In this document: piece by piece, positions 39,738 through 53,100 of the stretch
How positions within the stretch are numbered: the first letter of the stretch is position 1
Layout: every line of letters begins with the position of its first letter
Assembly: GCF_009914755.1 (NCBI RefSeq)
Contig: NC_060926.1
Origin: the human T2T-CHM13v2.0 reference genome, Homo sapiens
Length of the DNA: 64,000 nt
Strand: one strand, 5' to 3'
Made by a program: the position numbers and the translations under genes
The notes under the pieces: generated by a model
What the model saw: only the letters and a program-made list of their open reading frames with translations
What the model was told of the DNA's origin: nothing
Databases searched by the model: none

Positions 39738-42700
39738 GTAACTTTCAGAACATAGGAGGAGGTCATCCACAAGTTGGATTACAGTTGAGTTTCCTGGGAA
39801 TTTTACCCGCATCAGATTTGCACTTAGGGTGTGTGAGAAGTAGGTAGGGGCCTCAGTAAATCCTTGAGGCATAACGGTCCAGGAATATGGTTCATTTTCC
39901 CAGGTGAAGGTGACAAGCCCGGGGAATTTTCATGGTAGGGAATTCTAAAAAAGGCAGTGCACACATTGATGATGACTGTGAAATACTGTGTGTTAAAAGT
40001 GATCACGGCCAGGATAGTGTTAGCATTAGGCACCAAGGAAAGCCTGGGTTTGACCATTTTTTTTTTTTTTATAGATCTCAGATCTTGGATCAGCTGATAT
40101 ATGTTTTTTCCATTTGGCTTTTTAGTGGCTGGAATGCGAGTGTTGCATGGATTGGAAATATAGGGCAGTACCTTTCAAGTCCCTCTGGTTTTAAATGATT
40201 TTTTGCAAATCTTGTGGAGGGGCATGGAAGGATCTATTTCTATCTTATAGGGTTCTGCATCCCAAATACATCTAATATCCATGGAGTTTCTTATCCACAA
40301 AGGTGGAGGAATCCTGCCTAACAGCTGATTGAAGTCTTTGGTTAAATGAGTGCCAGGTGGAGGGAAGCAGAAGAACTTAAGCAAGTCGGACACCATGTTG
40401 GGGAACATAGATGAGAGGGAAGGAGTCCCTGGGGACACAGTGGATTCTAATACCCCAATCCAGGAGAAGATCCTTTCCTAGCAGATTTACAGGGTGGTAG
40501 GACTGAGAAGGAAGTTGTGCTGCTTTAAGGGGTCCCACAGAAATGTTTTGAGGTTGAGAAAGAGGCAAGTCGTGAGGCACAGGATCAAAACCCACCCCTG
40601 GTGAAGGTGGGTGACTCGGAGGAACGGAGCAGGAGATGAGGAGGTCCTAAGGGTAGGATGCGTTGCCCCAGACCAGTGAGAAGCGTGGTGGAGTCCCCTT
40701 CAGGTTGCAGGGTGACTTCTCCTGTTGAGTTTAGTGGCAGTTATAAGAGCATTGGACGTTTGCTTTCTGCAGGGCAGGCAGTGATTTTGTGATGAGCAGA
40801 GGGGTAGGATTCTTCGCTCCTCTGGAGGGCTGAGCTGTTTCTCCCCACGAGCCAGCAAATGTCCAGACCCAAAAGAGCCCATGGTTTCTGAGCTTGCTGT
40901 GGTCAAATGTTTCAGGTTTTTTCCTGATGATTTCAATTGCAGTGCATTGTACATTGTATATTTTCCAAATGGACGGGGTTGTTACATGCTGAGAATTCTG
41001 CAGTTCTCAACGAGAAAGTTTAAGATTAGAGTGAACTGTTACTTAAATCACTCCAGTTTTCTTTCAGGTTGTCTCAAAATCTTAGTTTAGAAAAACACAA
41101 TAATAACTGTTATGACACCTTAGTTTTAAAGAATAATGCCTCTTTATTACCCTTTTCAAATCAAAATGCCTGTAACCTCCTTTTGCCTTCATTATAAGCC
41201 TATGCAGCAGATAAGGCAGGCAGTCATATTCCACTTTTGGAAATGGAAGATTGAGGCCAAAAGAGAGTAAGACCTTCATCTGTTCCTTTGATCCCTAATG
41301 GCTCCATCCAATCCATGTACCCCCCGCCACTGCCCATCCAGAATTGACTGAGTACCCCCAGGTGCCAGGCCCTGGGGAGACCGAGAGATTCAGATGCAGG
41401 CTTGTCCTCAGAGAGCTCACAGTTCAGTGGGGGAATGAGAGGTCCAGAGATAGAGCTATTTAGTTCTAGAATCAGCCCCGAAGACCATGGCTTCTGAGTT
41501 CAAATGTGGAGAACTTTTCAGTTCAACTCAGCTTGGAACTTGACCTGGTTCTTGAGAGCAAGCATTAGGCGACCTTCACCCCAGGATGAGGGGAGGGCGC
41601 AGGCGGCCAGCCCAGGATGTCACAATATGTTCATGGCCCGTTTACTACCCAACTGCAGTGGGTCATGGCTATTTGAAGATAGCGTGGCAATGGAAACAAA
41701 AACGACCCTGGCTTTCTTCCCACCTACTATCATCAATGTATTTCGGAGAGAAACAGCACATTTCTGATGCCTTCTACCTTGCTTTTCAACAGAGAAGACA
41801 TAAGTGGGTAGAGGGAGGTGGATGCAGGGGAAGGTCTGGGTGGTTGGTTCTCCATGTGGCCTCCATGTGGCCTGGGGAAACCCCTTACCCTCTCAGAGGT
41901 CCAGATTCTTCCTCTGTGTCACGGGGGAGCAGGACTCACTTTACTGATTTGCTGGAAAGGTTAGAGACGACTCTCTAAAGTGTTCATGGCTAGTGCTGAG
42001 GAAATGGCAGCTGTCATCGCCAACCCACCTGACCAAAACCCATTCCTGGACCTATATGCTACTTCCCATTTTAAACAATCTGAAATATTTTCTATTTAAA
42101 ATGTTTAAAATGTTTTATTTTCCTCCTATTTACTACTAAAAATTAAGTAGCAACACAGGAAGAGGTGCATTGACAAAGTAGTTTTATGCCTTTTGAACTC
42201 TCTTCAGAGTTTTTATTTAAATAAACCATCTTATTTAACAGAGTGACTCATGCCAATGGTAAATATATATTTTTAAGAGATATACATTTAAAGTAAGTCT
42301 CCCAAATTAAAAATTAAAAAAATAAAATTAATTTCAGCCTGTCAATACTGCTAATTTGTTAGAAAAATAAGTCAACAAGAAGTAAAATCTACATTTGAAC
42401 TGATGAAATTTGGTAAATTTGGTAAGAAATAAATAATTCAGTGCACCATTGACAGTTCACATCAATGTGTTTCACATTAACGGCAGATTGGATAAATGCC
42501 TGATTTTTGAATATTCATTTTGAGCAATGAGATTGAAATAAAGTAAAAAAGGAATTAATGTTTGTTTTTACTCCCTTGTCAAAGGGTTTGATTTATATTA
42601 CAGATAATTGTATGTGCAACTTCTCTATCAGATTGCAAGTTTTTGTTGGCAGAGAGTTGAGGAGAATTCAAAGTGTGAAGAAAGAGGAGAGATAGTGAAA

Positions 42701-42782
42701 TTAAATTGAGATGAACTATATGATGAGATATATTCAGCATCCCACTCCAAGGGCAATACATTTTTTCTGCTGGTCTATCTGG

Positions 42783-42812
<30 letters not shown>
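42783..42812. repeat. Poly(A)30 mononucleotide tract
   Basis: 30 consecutive A. Confidence 0.95.
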
Positions 42813-42813
<1 letters not shown>

Positions 42814-43463
42814 CCTCCCAGCTTATATCACTAGTTCTCTAGTGATTCCCCCAGAGGGAGCCAGCGTTGCAGTTTCTGGTCTCTTTCTAGGATGGGCCAT
42901 GCGTGATCAGGCGTTTATAGGTATATGTGTACTGCATGCACTGTTGTGTACCTTCATTTTTCTTGTAACCACCCAATTTATCTTGTATATGGTTTTTTAT
43001 CAGCATATATAAATTGTGCTTTCAAAAATGAGTACCAGGCATTCAAAAATTCACATGTACCAGTGTTTATTTACCAGTGATAGGATTTGATGTGTGCCCA
43101 TCCACAACCTATCACAGACTTCCAGGGAAACTGTTTTTGGGTATTTTAGATGGAGTTGTTCATTCAGCTACCTGGAAGATGGATCATCGGACCCTGAACA
43201 ACACGGACCCCAAACCTGGCATGGTGATATTGGTCTAGGTTCATTCTTCTGCTCAACCAGCAAATTTTAGAGATGTGTGAAATCCATTTCTCCCTCTGAA
43301 CTTGCCATTTCCTAGTTTATAAATCAGAGATTATTGTTTCTTCTCTTTTATCTTAAAAATTCAAAAAAATTTACAGATTTTTCTATTTACAGGCTTATAA
43401 AAATGTGGAAATCTAGAAAAGCATAAAGAATAAAATAAAATTCTCCAGTTATCCCATCCCTCA

Positions 43464-44279
43464 GATATAGAAGTGCTGGGAAGAGTGTAGTCCCTTTAAA
43501 TGATACAGAAGGGGGAAGGGAACTGCTGGGGACAGGAGGGCATGGTCCCTGGCTAGGGCGCCACCCAATGGACCTGCGTGAGGTCAGGCATTTTTGTTTC
43601 CCTGCCCAAATGTTGCATTTCCCAAGACCACCCTTGGCCTGCCACGCCCCCATCCTGTGCCTATAAAAGCTTGAGACCCTGGCAAGGCAGAGACAGAAAT
43701 GGCTGGACGTCGGGAGGAGCACATCGGCGGAGGAACACACAAGTGGCTGGACGTCAAGAGGAACGCACCAACAGGCACCGGCACACCGGCAGGCCGCCGA
43801 CCGGCAGAACGACACAGAGTTTGGCTGGGGCAGTTAGAGGAGTGCTGGGGTTCCGAGAGGCCTGACTCCAGGGAAAAACCGTCTCCCTTCTGGCTCCGCC
43901 ATCTGCTGAGAGCTACGTCCACTCAATAAAACCTTGCACTCATTCTCCAAGCCCACATGTGATCCAGTTGTTCTGGTACACCAAGGCCAGAACCCGGGAT
44001 ACAAAGCCCTTTGTTCTTGCAACAAGGCAGGGGTCTAATTGAGCTGATTAACACAAGCCACCTATACAGACGGCTAAACTCAAAGAGCAGCCTGTAACAC
44101 AGGCCCACTGGGGCTTCAGGAGCTGGAAACATTTACCCCTAGATACTGCCATGGGGTCGGAGCCCCACAGCCTGCCCGTCTGTATGTCCCCTAGAGTTTT
44201 GAGCAGTGGGGCACTGAAGAAGCGAGCCACGCCCCCATTGCACGCTCTGCGAGGGGGACAAGGGAACTTTTCCTGTTCA
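43464..44279 (+). mobile_element. Solo ERV1 LTR, LTR1-family-like, CpG-retaining
   Basis: CCTGCCCAAATGTTGCATTTCCCAAGACCACC...CCTATAAAAG (TATA ~43662), AATAAA ~43925, end GGGAACTTTTCCTGTTCA. Family assignment from memory. Confidence 0.8.
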
Positions 44280-45716
44280 CAACCACTATTAACCCTAAGG
44301 CACCTTCACTCCTAGTGTTCTTTCTGTAGCCCACTGTTGTGGTTTTTGTCTACAACATTAATTATATCTGACCGTTTTTCCCCTGTAGATATAAATTCTG
44401 CATACACAATTTTTAACAGCTGTATAATTTATGGTGTGGCTGTGGCATAATTTATTTAACCAGTCATCCATACTTAGACATTTTGTATTTTTGACTTCAT
44501 ACATAATTCTATGAGAAATATCTTCACCTCTAAATCTTTGTCCACTTTTCTGTCGGGTGGATTTCATGGTGTGGGATGACTGGGTTAGTGGTTATTGATC
44601 CTTTATATTACATTGATCTATTTTGCCAAAGTGTCCTTCAAGAAGACTGTGCTGATTTTCAGCTACATCAGCAGTGGGATGGTGTGCCTGTTTCTCAATA
44701 CTCAGGATAAGATTATAAATTAAATTTCTTAAAAATTGAGACAAAATATAACAAGACCTTGTTTAAACATTGATTACTTTTATTCCTATTAGTAATCTAT
44801 ATTTAGAAAAACTTGCAGCCTAAACCAATTAGGAAAACCAATAGTTGAAAACATTGTAGCAAATCTTTATTGTAATTGTAATAGCACATGGATAAATTCT
44901 GATATAACTTGCATGGAACATTTCTTTTTATGACTTCTTGTGGGCAGCGTCTTAAATATGGAAGAAGTTGGACTCTGGGTTGATTGGAAGCCTCTTTTGC
45001 CACAAAACCTTAACAGAGAAAATGGACTCTCTTTATGGTGACAAACATATTAAATTAAGATTTATATTTACTCTAAAGAGAGATATTTCTCAAATTCTAA
45101 GTTATTTGCATTTAAGGAAGAAGACAAAAAATGGCAGTAATAGTAAATTATAATGTAAAAAAATTAACCAGAATTGCAAAGTTGAGCTTATATATTGTTA
45201 AAGGATATCAATGATATCATTTATTATTTTTAGACTCGATACACCTTGTATTTTACATTATTTTAATGTGAATTACAAGAGTTTGAAACTATTGCATGTG
45301 TCTTTGATTATGGCATAGTCTCATGAACACTACTAACTTTGTGTTGGGTTTTGAAAATCTTCTAAGCACTTCCTCTCCCTCAACACGTAGAAACAATAAA
45401 CTAACACCCCTAAGATTATATTGAAGTTGCCTTAAAACTCAGGAGTGAATAAGTGGTTTCTATTAACTTTTCAAAGGAATGCATGTTATTTTCTTTGGGA
45501 GATGATCTCGGCTCCAGAGAAAGGGAAAACAGCTACATTATTTAAGGCAAAATTATCTGCCTGTTTTCCAAATGGACACAATTTTCTTTCATTTTACCCA
45601 TTATAGTAGTGGGAGACATGTTTTATAAAAAGTGGAGTTATGTTCTATTAATCTGGGCATTTTAGATTTTATAAAATACCCAGATTTTTATCAAGCTGCC
45701 CAGAATGTCACAACTG

Positions 45717-45925
45717 TGGGGTTGGAGCCCCAGAGCCTGCCCGTCTGTATGCCTCCCCTAGAGGTTTGAGCAGTGAGGCACTGAAAAAGCGAGCCACACC
45801 CCCATCTCATGCTCTGTGAGGGGGACAAGAGAACTTTTCCTGTTTCGCAACCACTATTAACCCTAAGGCACCTTCACTCCTAGTGCTCTTTCTGTAGCCC
45901 ACTGTTGTGGTTTTCGTCTACAACA
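45717..45925 (+). repeat. Direct duplicate of 44152-44357 (LTR 3' end plus unique flank)
   Basis: About 90% identical over ~206 bp, including ~78 bp beyond the LTR end (CAACCACTATTAACCCTAAGGCACCTTCACTCCTAGTG...GTCTACAACA). Confidence 0.92.
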
Positions 45926-46161
45926 AAAGCACACATACACACACACACATAGGTATACACACACGCGCGCGTCTGTCACCAGGCTCTGTGACATTCTGTA
46001 CAGCTTGATAAGGTCCCCAATAAGACATAGTATGAAGTATTGGAGGCTGCTTAGTGCATCTCATTGTTTTTACAGTTCTGTAATTGTATATATATTGAAT
46101 TTTCAATGTTTCCCCCTCAAACTTAAGGTATTAATGGATGCTTTTCTTTTTATTCTTACAG

Positions 46162-46290
46162 TGTTTTTACAAATGGAAGATTATTTATTCCACCTGCAAA
46201 AATCATTATACCCAAATTTAGTCTGTCCGATTGGGACATCGTGCTGGCCACGATCGGAGAAAAAGTCTTCCCTCTAGGAGGCGTTCGGAA
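46162..46290 (+). CDS. DCDC2C: DCDC2C exon 4 (first half of DCX domain 2: VFTNGRLFIPPAKIII...PLGGVR-K)
   Basis: Acceptor tttttattcttacag|, donor AA|gtaagg; 129 nt, phase 2 to 2; DCX-like VFTNG and GGVRK motifs. Confidence 0.93.
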
Positions 46291-47264
46291 GTAAGGAGAC
46301 TCTCGCCTTTAGGACAGCCAGGGGGCGGCAGCTTGTGTTTATTCTTTCTATGAGAGTTTTCTGCCTGGACCAGCAAGGTCTAAAATGATTCACCATAAAC
46401 TCTTAATTTTAATTCTTCAAGCAGATAGTATTTTCTCAGTCTTGGTATTACACTTACTTTTAACTGGCCTCATTCATTTATTCATTCAACAAACCATTGA
46501 GCATCTACCATGTGCTAGGGGTGGAGAATACAGCATTGCAAAAAAGAGTCTTGCTCCCTGAAACCCCTATTGAGTGGGCCGACCGTTCAAGTTGCTAGAA
46601 TGCTGCAGTTGGTATAATGAGGCCTCTCAGTTGGTCTGGAGGAGCCAGGCCTGGGGGAGCTGGTGTTTGGATTGAGTCTTGGCAGAGATGGGGGAAATGA
46701 ATGCCATGGGACAGAAGAGCATGTGGGAGGGAGGTAGTGTGTGTAATGGCCTCTAGCATGTGCCTGGGGGTCTGGCGTGGAGCAAATCTCCTCTCCGCCA
46801 TCTGTGTCTCGGTTACCTTGGGCACATTCCTAACTCCTCAATGCATGTTTTGTCATCTGGAAAACTGGAAATGATAATAATACCTACTTCCAAGGGTCCT
46901 CATATATGTAAAGTGCTTAGCAAAACACTTGATGCATAGTAGGCGTGAAATGGGTTTGTGATTATGATTGCGACAGTGGATGAGGCACAAACAAGCAGAG
47001 TGTGTTGAGGGAGCACGACACTGTCATCATAGGAAATTCAGCCCTATTGTGAGGGAAGTGGCCAGCCCCAAGGCCAGAACTTAGGTTCCACAAATACTTT
47101 ACAGACCAGGCAAGGGGCTTGCTGTCTTGCAGCCAGTGGGTCCCATTTGCATGAATGAAAGCTCACAGTGGTGCTAGTCATGATGATGGACTGAAGGTGG
47201 CAGGTGAGGGAGGGGCTCCGGGCCTGGTGGCTGTGAAGATAATCTGGGTTGGCCTTCAGCTTTA

Positions 47265-48027
47265 ACCATATGCACAGGCTGAAATGGAAGGGATGGGAAA
47301 AATATCCCATGCAAGTGGAAACCAAAAGAGAACAGGGGCAGCTGGACTTACATCAGACCAAATTGACTTCACGTGAAAAACTGCAGCAAGAGCTAAAGAA
47401 GGTCACCACATTAGGTTAAAAGGGTCAGCCCATCAAGAATATACAACAATTATCAATATATATATGCAACTGTCACTGGAGCACCTAAATATATAATATG
47501 CAAGTATTACCAGAACTGAAGGGAGAGGTAGACAGCAATACAATAATAGGAGGTGACTTCAGTACCCCACTTTCAACAATGAATACATCATCCAGACAGA
47601 AAGTCAATAAGGAAACCGTGGGCTTGAATAACAACATAAACCCAATAGACTTAACAGACTGCAGAACATTCTGTCCACCAGCAGCGGAATACACATTTTT
47701 CTCAAGTGTACACAGCATTCCCCAGGATAAATCATATTAGGCCACAAATCAAGTCTTAGCAAATGTAAGACTAAAATCATATCAAGTGTTTTTTCTGACC
47801 ATAATGATACAAAGCTAGAAATCAGTAATAGGAGGAAAATTGGAAAATTCACAAATATTTGGAAATTTAACAGTGCATTCCTGAACAACCATTGGGTCAA
47901 GGAAGAAATCAAAAGGGAAATAAAAAAATATCTTGAGAGCAACAAAAATGGAAATAAATACTAGAATTTATGGGATTCAGCAAAACCAGTTCTAAGAGTG
48001 AATTTTATAAAGAAAAATGCCTACATT
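47265..48027 (+). mobile_element. L1M fragment encoding decayed ORF2 endonuclease region
   Basis: ORF 47498-47740 (LKGEVDSNTIIGGDFSTPLSTM...IDLTD) matches the L1 EN motif GDFNTPL. Confidence 0.88.
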
Positions 48028-48224
48028 GGCCGGGTGCGGTGGCTCACGCCTGTAATCCCAGCACTTTGGGAGGCCGAGGCCGGTGGATCACCTGAAGTCA
48101 GGAGTTCAAGACCAGCCTGGCCAACATGGTGAAACCCCATCTCTACTAAAAATATAAAAAATTAGCCAGGCGTGGTGGCGGGAACCTGTAATCCCAGCTA
48201 CTTGGGAGCCTGAGGCAGGAGAAT
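48028..48224 (+). mobile_element. Alu (AluS-type), 3'-truncated
   Basis: GGCCGGGTGCGGTGGCTCACGCCTGTAATCCC...; stops at GGAGAATC with no A tail. Confidence 0.92.
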
Positions 48225-49174
48225 CTAAATGGACTCTAAAAATGGGAGAAGGACTCTAAAAAGGGAGAAGGCTGTGTCTTGCGAATGGACAGAAGGAGAA
48301 TGGGGGCAGTGGGAGGGACATGGAATGGGAGGATTGCCGAGCAGGGTTGAGAGCCCTGCTGGACTGCACGCTGAAGATTTGTAGTGGAACCAGCCTGCAG
48401 TTGCATGTGTTCTCGGGCACTCAGCAGCTGGGGATGAGAGAGGAGAAGGCAGATGGGCAGTTGGTCCATGAGGTGAGAGCAGAGAGGGACAGGGAGGGAT
48501 GGAGGCTCATGGCACAGCAGGCGGAGCCATTGCTGGTGTGGACATGAAGCCACAGTCAGTTGGGTGGCATCAGGCCCAGCGTCCGGCTGTTGGTGCAGAT
48601 TAGAGGAAGGTGAAGTGGGAAAGCGGGAGACTGGGAGGCCAAGAGGCTGCAGAGGCAAGGTCGAGACATCCACCTGGGGATGCTTCTGGGCACTAATGAG
48701 GTGTGAAGGACTGCCCTGGGAGGGGCTGAGAAGGCGCAGGGGAGATGAAGATCTTTCAGGCTGAGAAGTGGGAAAACGCCGTGCAGCAAGGAGAGTTAGG
48801 AGGAGGCCGCCGTGGGCAGTGATGGTCCCCTGATGGTAGACGCTGTGGTGGAAGAGCAGAAACAGTTAATCCTGCCTTATGCTTTTGTCAGTTAACTCTC
48901 CTTTGGGGGTAGATTAAAAACATCCAAGAGTGATTTACAGTCAACAGTTGTGATACCAACGATGAAAACTGATGTCCACTTTTGAGTAGGATGTAAACTG
49001 TCGAGCCGTTTAGAGCAGTGGAGCCATGAGTAACCTCGTGGCAGTGGCGACGAGCAGGTGGAAGTTAGATGTTTGTGCACAAGTCTGTACCGGGAATACC
49101 TCCATGCTCCCAGAATGCAGCTATAAATATTAGTGTATTATTCTCAAAGAAATAAAGCTGTGTGCAGTAGATAG

Positions 49175-49540
<366 letters not shown>

Positions 49541-49971
49541 TAAGTATCACATGTAGAATGATAGTAGTGAAAGTCGGAGAGAAAATTCTTTTATGGTAGA
49601 AGTAAGGAAGGGAACAGAATATTTGAAGGGTAAAAAAGACATTAGATCAATAAACTAATTTATTTTTTTCCTGGACTTAAATTAGTTTTTTATGGTTGGG
49701 TTTAGCAAAAGTGCAGAGCTTAGAAATAAAAGAAATGCTTAGAAAGTACAAATACTGAGCTTGAAGGAGTGAAGCAATATGCACATGAACAGAATTAAAA
49801 AAAATCAATGTGTGTGTTACTTTTGAATGGGAACTACAGCTACTGTTTCTCATGCATTTGAGACATTATTTATATTTCTCTGTATTTATCGTTCCTTAGA
49901 TAATGCTAATATGATTCAGCTGAGATTTCCATCACACCTTTTCCTTGTGTGGGTTAGAAACGAAGACAGTT

Positions 49972-50168
49972 CTTTTTTTAGGAGACTCTGTTGTCTAGGC
50001 TCAGTGCAGTGGCACAATCACAGCTCACTGAGCCTTGACCTCCTGGGCTCAGAGGATCCTCCCACCTCAGCCTCCTGAGTAGTTGGGACTACAGGTGTGA
50101 GCCACCACTCATGACTAATTTTTTTTTTTTTTTTGGTAGAGATGAGGTCTTGCCATGTTGCCCAGGCT
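49972..50168 (-). mobile_element. AluJ-type fragment
   Basis: CACAATCACAGCTCACTGAGCCTTGACCTCCTGGGCTCA...GGTAGAGATGAGGTCTTGCCATGTTGCCCAGGCT. Confidence 0.85.
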
Positions 50169-53100
50169 AATTATTCTTCGTGGTATTAAAATTACTTGAT
50201 TTATTGGATAGTTTGAACTTTTGGAATAATGTATCCAAATAGCTCAGAGAAATACTTAAGTGAAATTCTGTAGGTCTCTGTGCAAGACAATTGCTGATCT
50301 CGGTTGGAAAAAGGCGCTCGTAGAGGCTGTTGGCTGAGTGCCAGGGAGGCAGCCATGAGCAGAGCAGTCTCGGTCCTCAGCCCCACTGCAGCCCAGCAGA
50401 GAGGAAACACGTCATGTGAGCAGCTACGGTGAGGGCAGCATGTTCTTGAGAGGGAGCACACGGCCGGGGGAGCCCAGACTAAGAGACCTTCCAGAAGAGA
50501 TGCGTGCTGTAAGAACTGAAGGACGCGGAGGAGCCGGGGCAGGAGGGCACCTTCTCACATCAGCACCCTGTGGGCCTCTTGTGCCTCACCTAGGCCAGGC
50601 CCTGGCCAGGGAAAGTGGGAGTGGATGGGGACGAGCACGACCCACTCTAAGAAAGGAATGACGTTTAGTATGGAGCGGGGGACATGGAGGATGAAAGAGG
50701 GCAAGTTGCCTGAGGTCGACAATTCTGAACATTTTTTCCATGCCGCCTGCTGGAAGGAAAAGGTGATGAGCTATGCTTGTGAATTTCTCTGAGGCTAAAG
50801 TGGAATGATCTCCACTCTCCGTTTTCAATTTCCCACTGTCCGTTGAGTATATACTCTGCACCGTACACTATTCTAGGAGCCGGGAGGTGATAAACAATCA
50901 AACAAAACATCTGGAAGAACATGTTCCTTGACACTGAGGATTGCACAGCCTTGCTGGGAGATGGATCCCCTAAGGGAAACAGATACACTGCAATCAGAGG
51001 CAGTGCTGGGGCTGAGCCAGTGAGACAGAGGAGGACCTTGAGCCCTGGGGGAGTTCTCAGAGCAGAAGGCGTTGAGAGGAGTTGAAGAAGAAGGCTTCAT
51101 AGAGGTGGCGGATCTGTCCTGGGTTCTAAAGAAATGGGTAGTGGAAGTAAGGGAGGTGTTCTGGGGTGGGGGGATTGTGTGGACAATGGCCTGGCCCTGG
51201 GAGCGAGGAGGTGTGAGAGGGCCCTGAGGGAAGCAGGGCCTGGCTGTAGTGAAACTTTCTGGAAAATGCTGGGAGATAGGTGTGGATACCCAGGGCTGCA
51301 GCGGTTACAGATGGCCCTGGTGGCTACATGCAGAGTTTTACGATGTTTTAAGAGCTAATGATGAATGCCAGGGCGGGACACACATGCACGCAGCACACAG
51401 CACACACATGTGTGTTCCCGTGGCCCACACCTGTGAACTGGCCCCGGCCCCTCTGAGGCAGGAGCTTCCCGCCTCGGTTTCTGTGCAGGGCTCAGTGTCA
51501 GTCATGCTGCCCTGCATCGTGGGCACAAATGTCCCTTATCCACTAGCGGGTGTTCGGAACATCAGCATCCGTGATGTAGGCGACACTCATTCTGGAGAGA
51601 CCATGGTGAACCATGAACTTGAGTTTGCCCATCTTGACTATCCTGATTAGGAAAGAGAGAAGCCCCCACCCCAAAGGCAGTGAAAGGTCTGAGGGAGGCG
51701 AAGTGGGCCATTGTCATGGAGCAGCCTGGCCACCACCGTTAGTGGCAGCTGCTTGCCCCAGTGGACGTCACTTCTGGCTCAGCACAGCGTGTCCTGTGTG
51801 TCTTGCCTGGCCCAGGGAGTAGCCCAATCGCAGCATAGGTGCAAGGTGCAGGGCACACACTGGACACGTTGGGTGTGGCCTGACCTCGCCCATCTCGCAG
51901 TAGAAGTGATATCTTTGGCTTCATAACATACAGAACCTTTCTTTATTTGTTGATCAATTCAACAAATATTTATTGAGAGCTTGAGGGGTTTCCATCTAAG
52001 CCCTGAGGGGATGGGGTGAGTATGGTCCTCACAGGGCAGACACTGTCTAGTGGAGAGACAACAGATGCATGCTCAGGAGCAGACCCCTGATAAATGCCAT
52101 GCCAGGGGTGGCACAGAGGAATGAAGCAGGGCAGGGCTTGCGGTGAGTCACTGGGCTGGTCAGGGCGGGCTTCTCTGAGAAGGCGACATTTGAGAACACA
52201 TCTGAATGGCACAGAGAAGTAAAACACATCATGATCTGGGTGGAGATCGTCCCCATCAGAGGGACCCTCAGGCACACAGCCTTTGTGGTGGGAAGCCACC
52301 GGTGGCAGGGAAGTGCCTGGTGAGGGAGGGCAGGAGCTGCTGAGCCCGGGAGTGAAGGCTGCTTGCAGACCTCGCTGAGAGGTTTGGGTAGTGAGTGTGG
52401 TGGGAATCCATTGGCGGATTCTGAGCATGGAGTGTCACCACCTGACTCCGGGGTGGGATAGGAGACTTGTTTGGAGGCTCCTACAGGTGATCTGGGGGAG
52501 ACCACAGTGGCTGGGGCAAAGGCAGGCAGGTTTTGGCTGCATTACTGTATGCAGTGGGACTTGCTGATCAACCTCATGTAGGAATGAGTGAGCGAGAGAT
52601 GGGGGTGGGGGTGGGGAGTGTGTGGTGGGGGAGGTGATGCGGGAGGGGAGAGGAGGGAGAAAGAGAGGAAGACTCCCAGCCTTCTGATCAGAGCAGCTGG
52701 GTGACTGTCGGTACCATTCCTGACAAGGGGGAAGTGGGAGGAGGAACAGGTTTTGGGGGAGTTAAGAATTAATTTTTGGACGCCTCCAGTTGGTGAGGCA
52801 TGTTGGACATCAGAGTGGGATGCGCCAGGCTGGATATGTGAGTGTGAAGTCAAGGAAGAGATCAGGCTGGAGAAACAGACACACAATCTGAGTGTTGTGG
52901 ATGGTATTGACGGTTGAGGTGCTGGGTGGGATGGAGTTGGTGTTGGAGGAGGCACCTGAAGACTGAGTTCTGGGCTCAGCTTCCTGATAAATAGCCCATC
53001 AACCTTGGACTATGGTTATTTGTGGACTTGTCATCTCTCCTCTAGTATATTTTAAGCTCCTTAAAGTTTGGGACCCTGTCTGATAAATCTCTGCTTTTTA

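Larger units (their letters stand above)
34192..40700 (-). mobile_element. Decayed class I (gamma-like) endogenous retrovirus internal region: pro, RT, IN and env remnants
   Basis: Minus-strand peptides: PVNLLGKDLL (protease, ~40480), YFTVIINVCTAFFRIP (RT, ~39960), QLVDDLLL (YxDD motif, ~39765), IN-like IYPTWGILSIISNERSHF (~37260) and env ISD-like QNGLASD/LLTGNQGGVRA...CHLFV (~35190-35275). Order is retroviral; many stops and frameshifts. Confidence 0.8.

Noticed and set aside
42783-42812. Poly(A)30 as the tail of a processed pseudogene
   Set aside because: No upstream retro-element body, nearby AATAAA or TSD seen; treated as a mononucleotide run.
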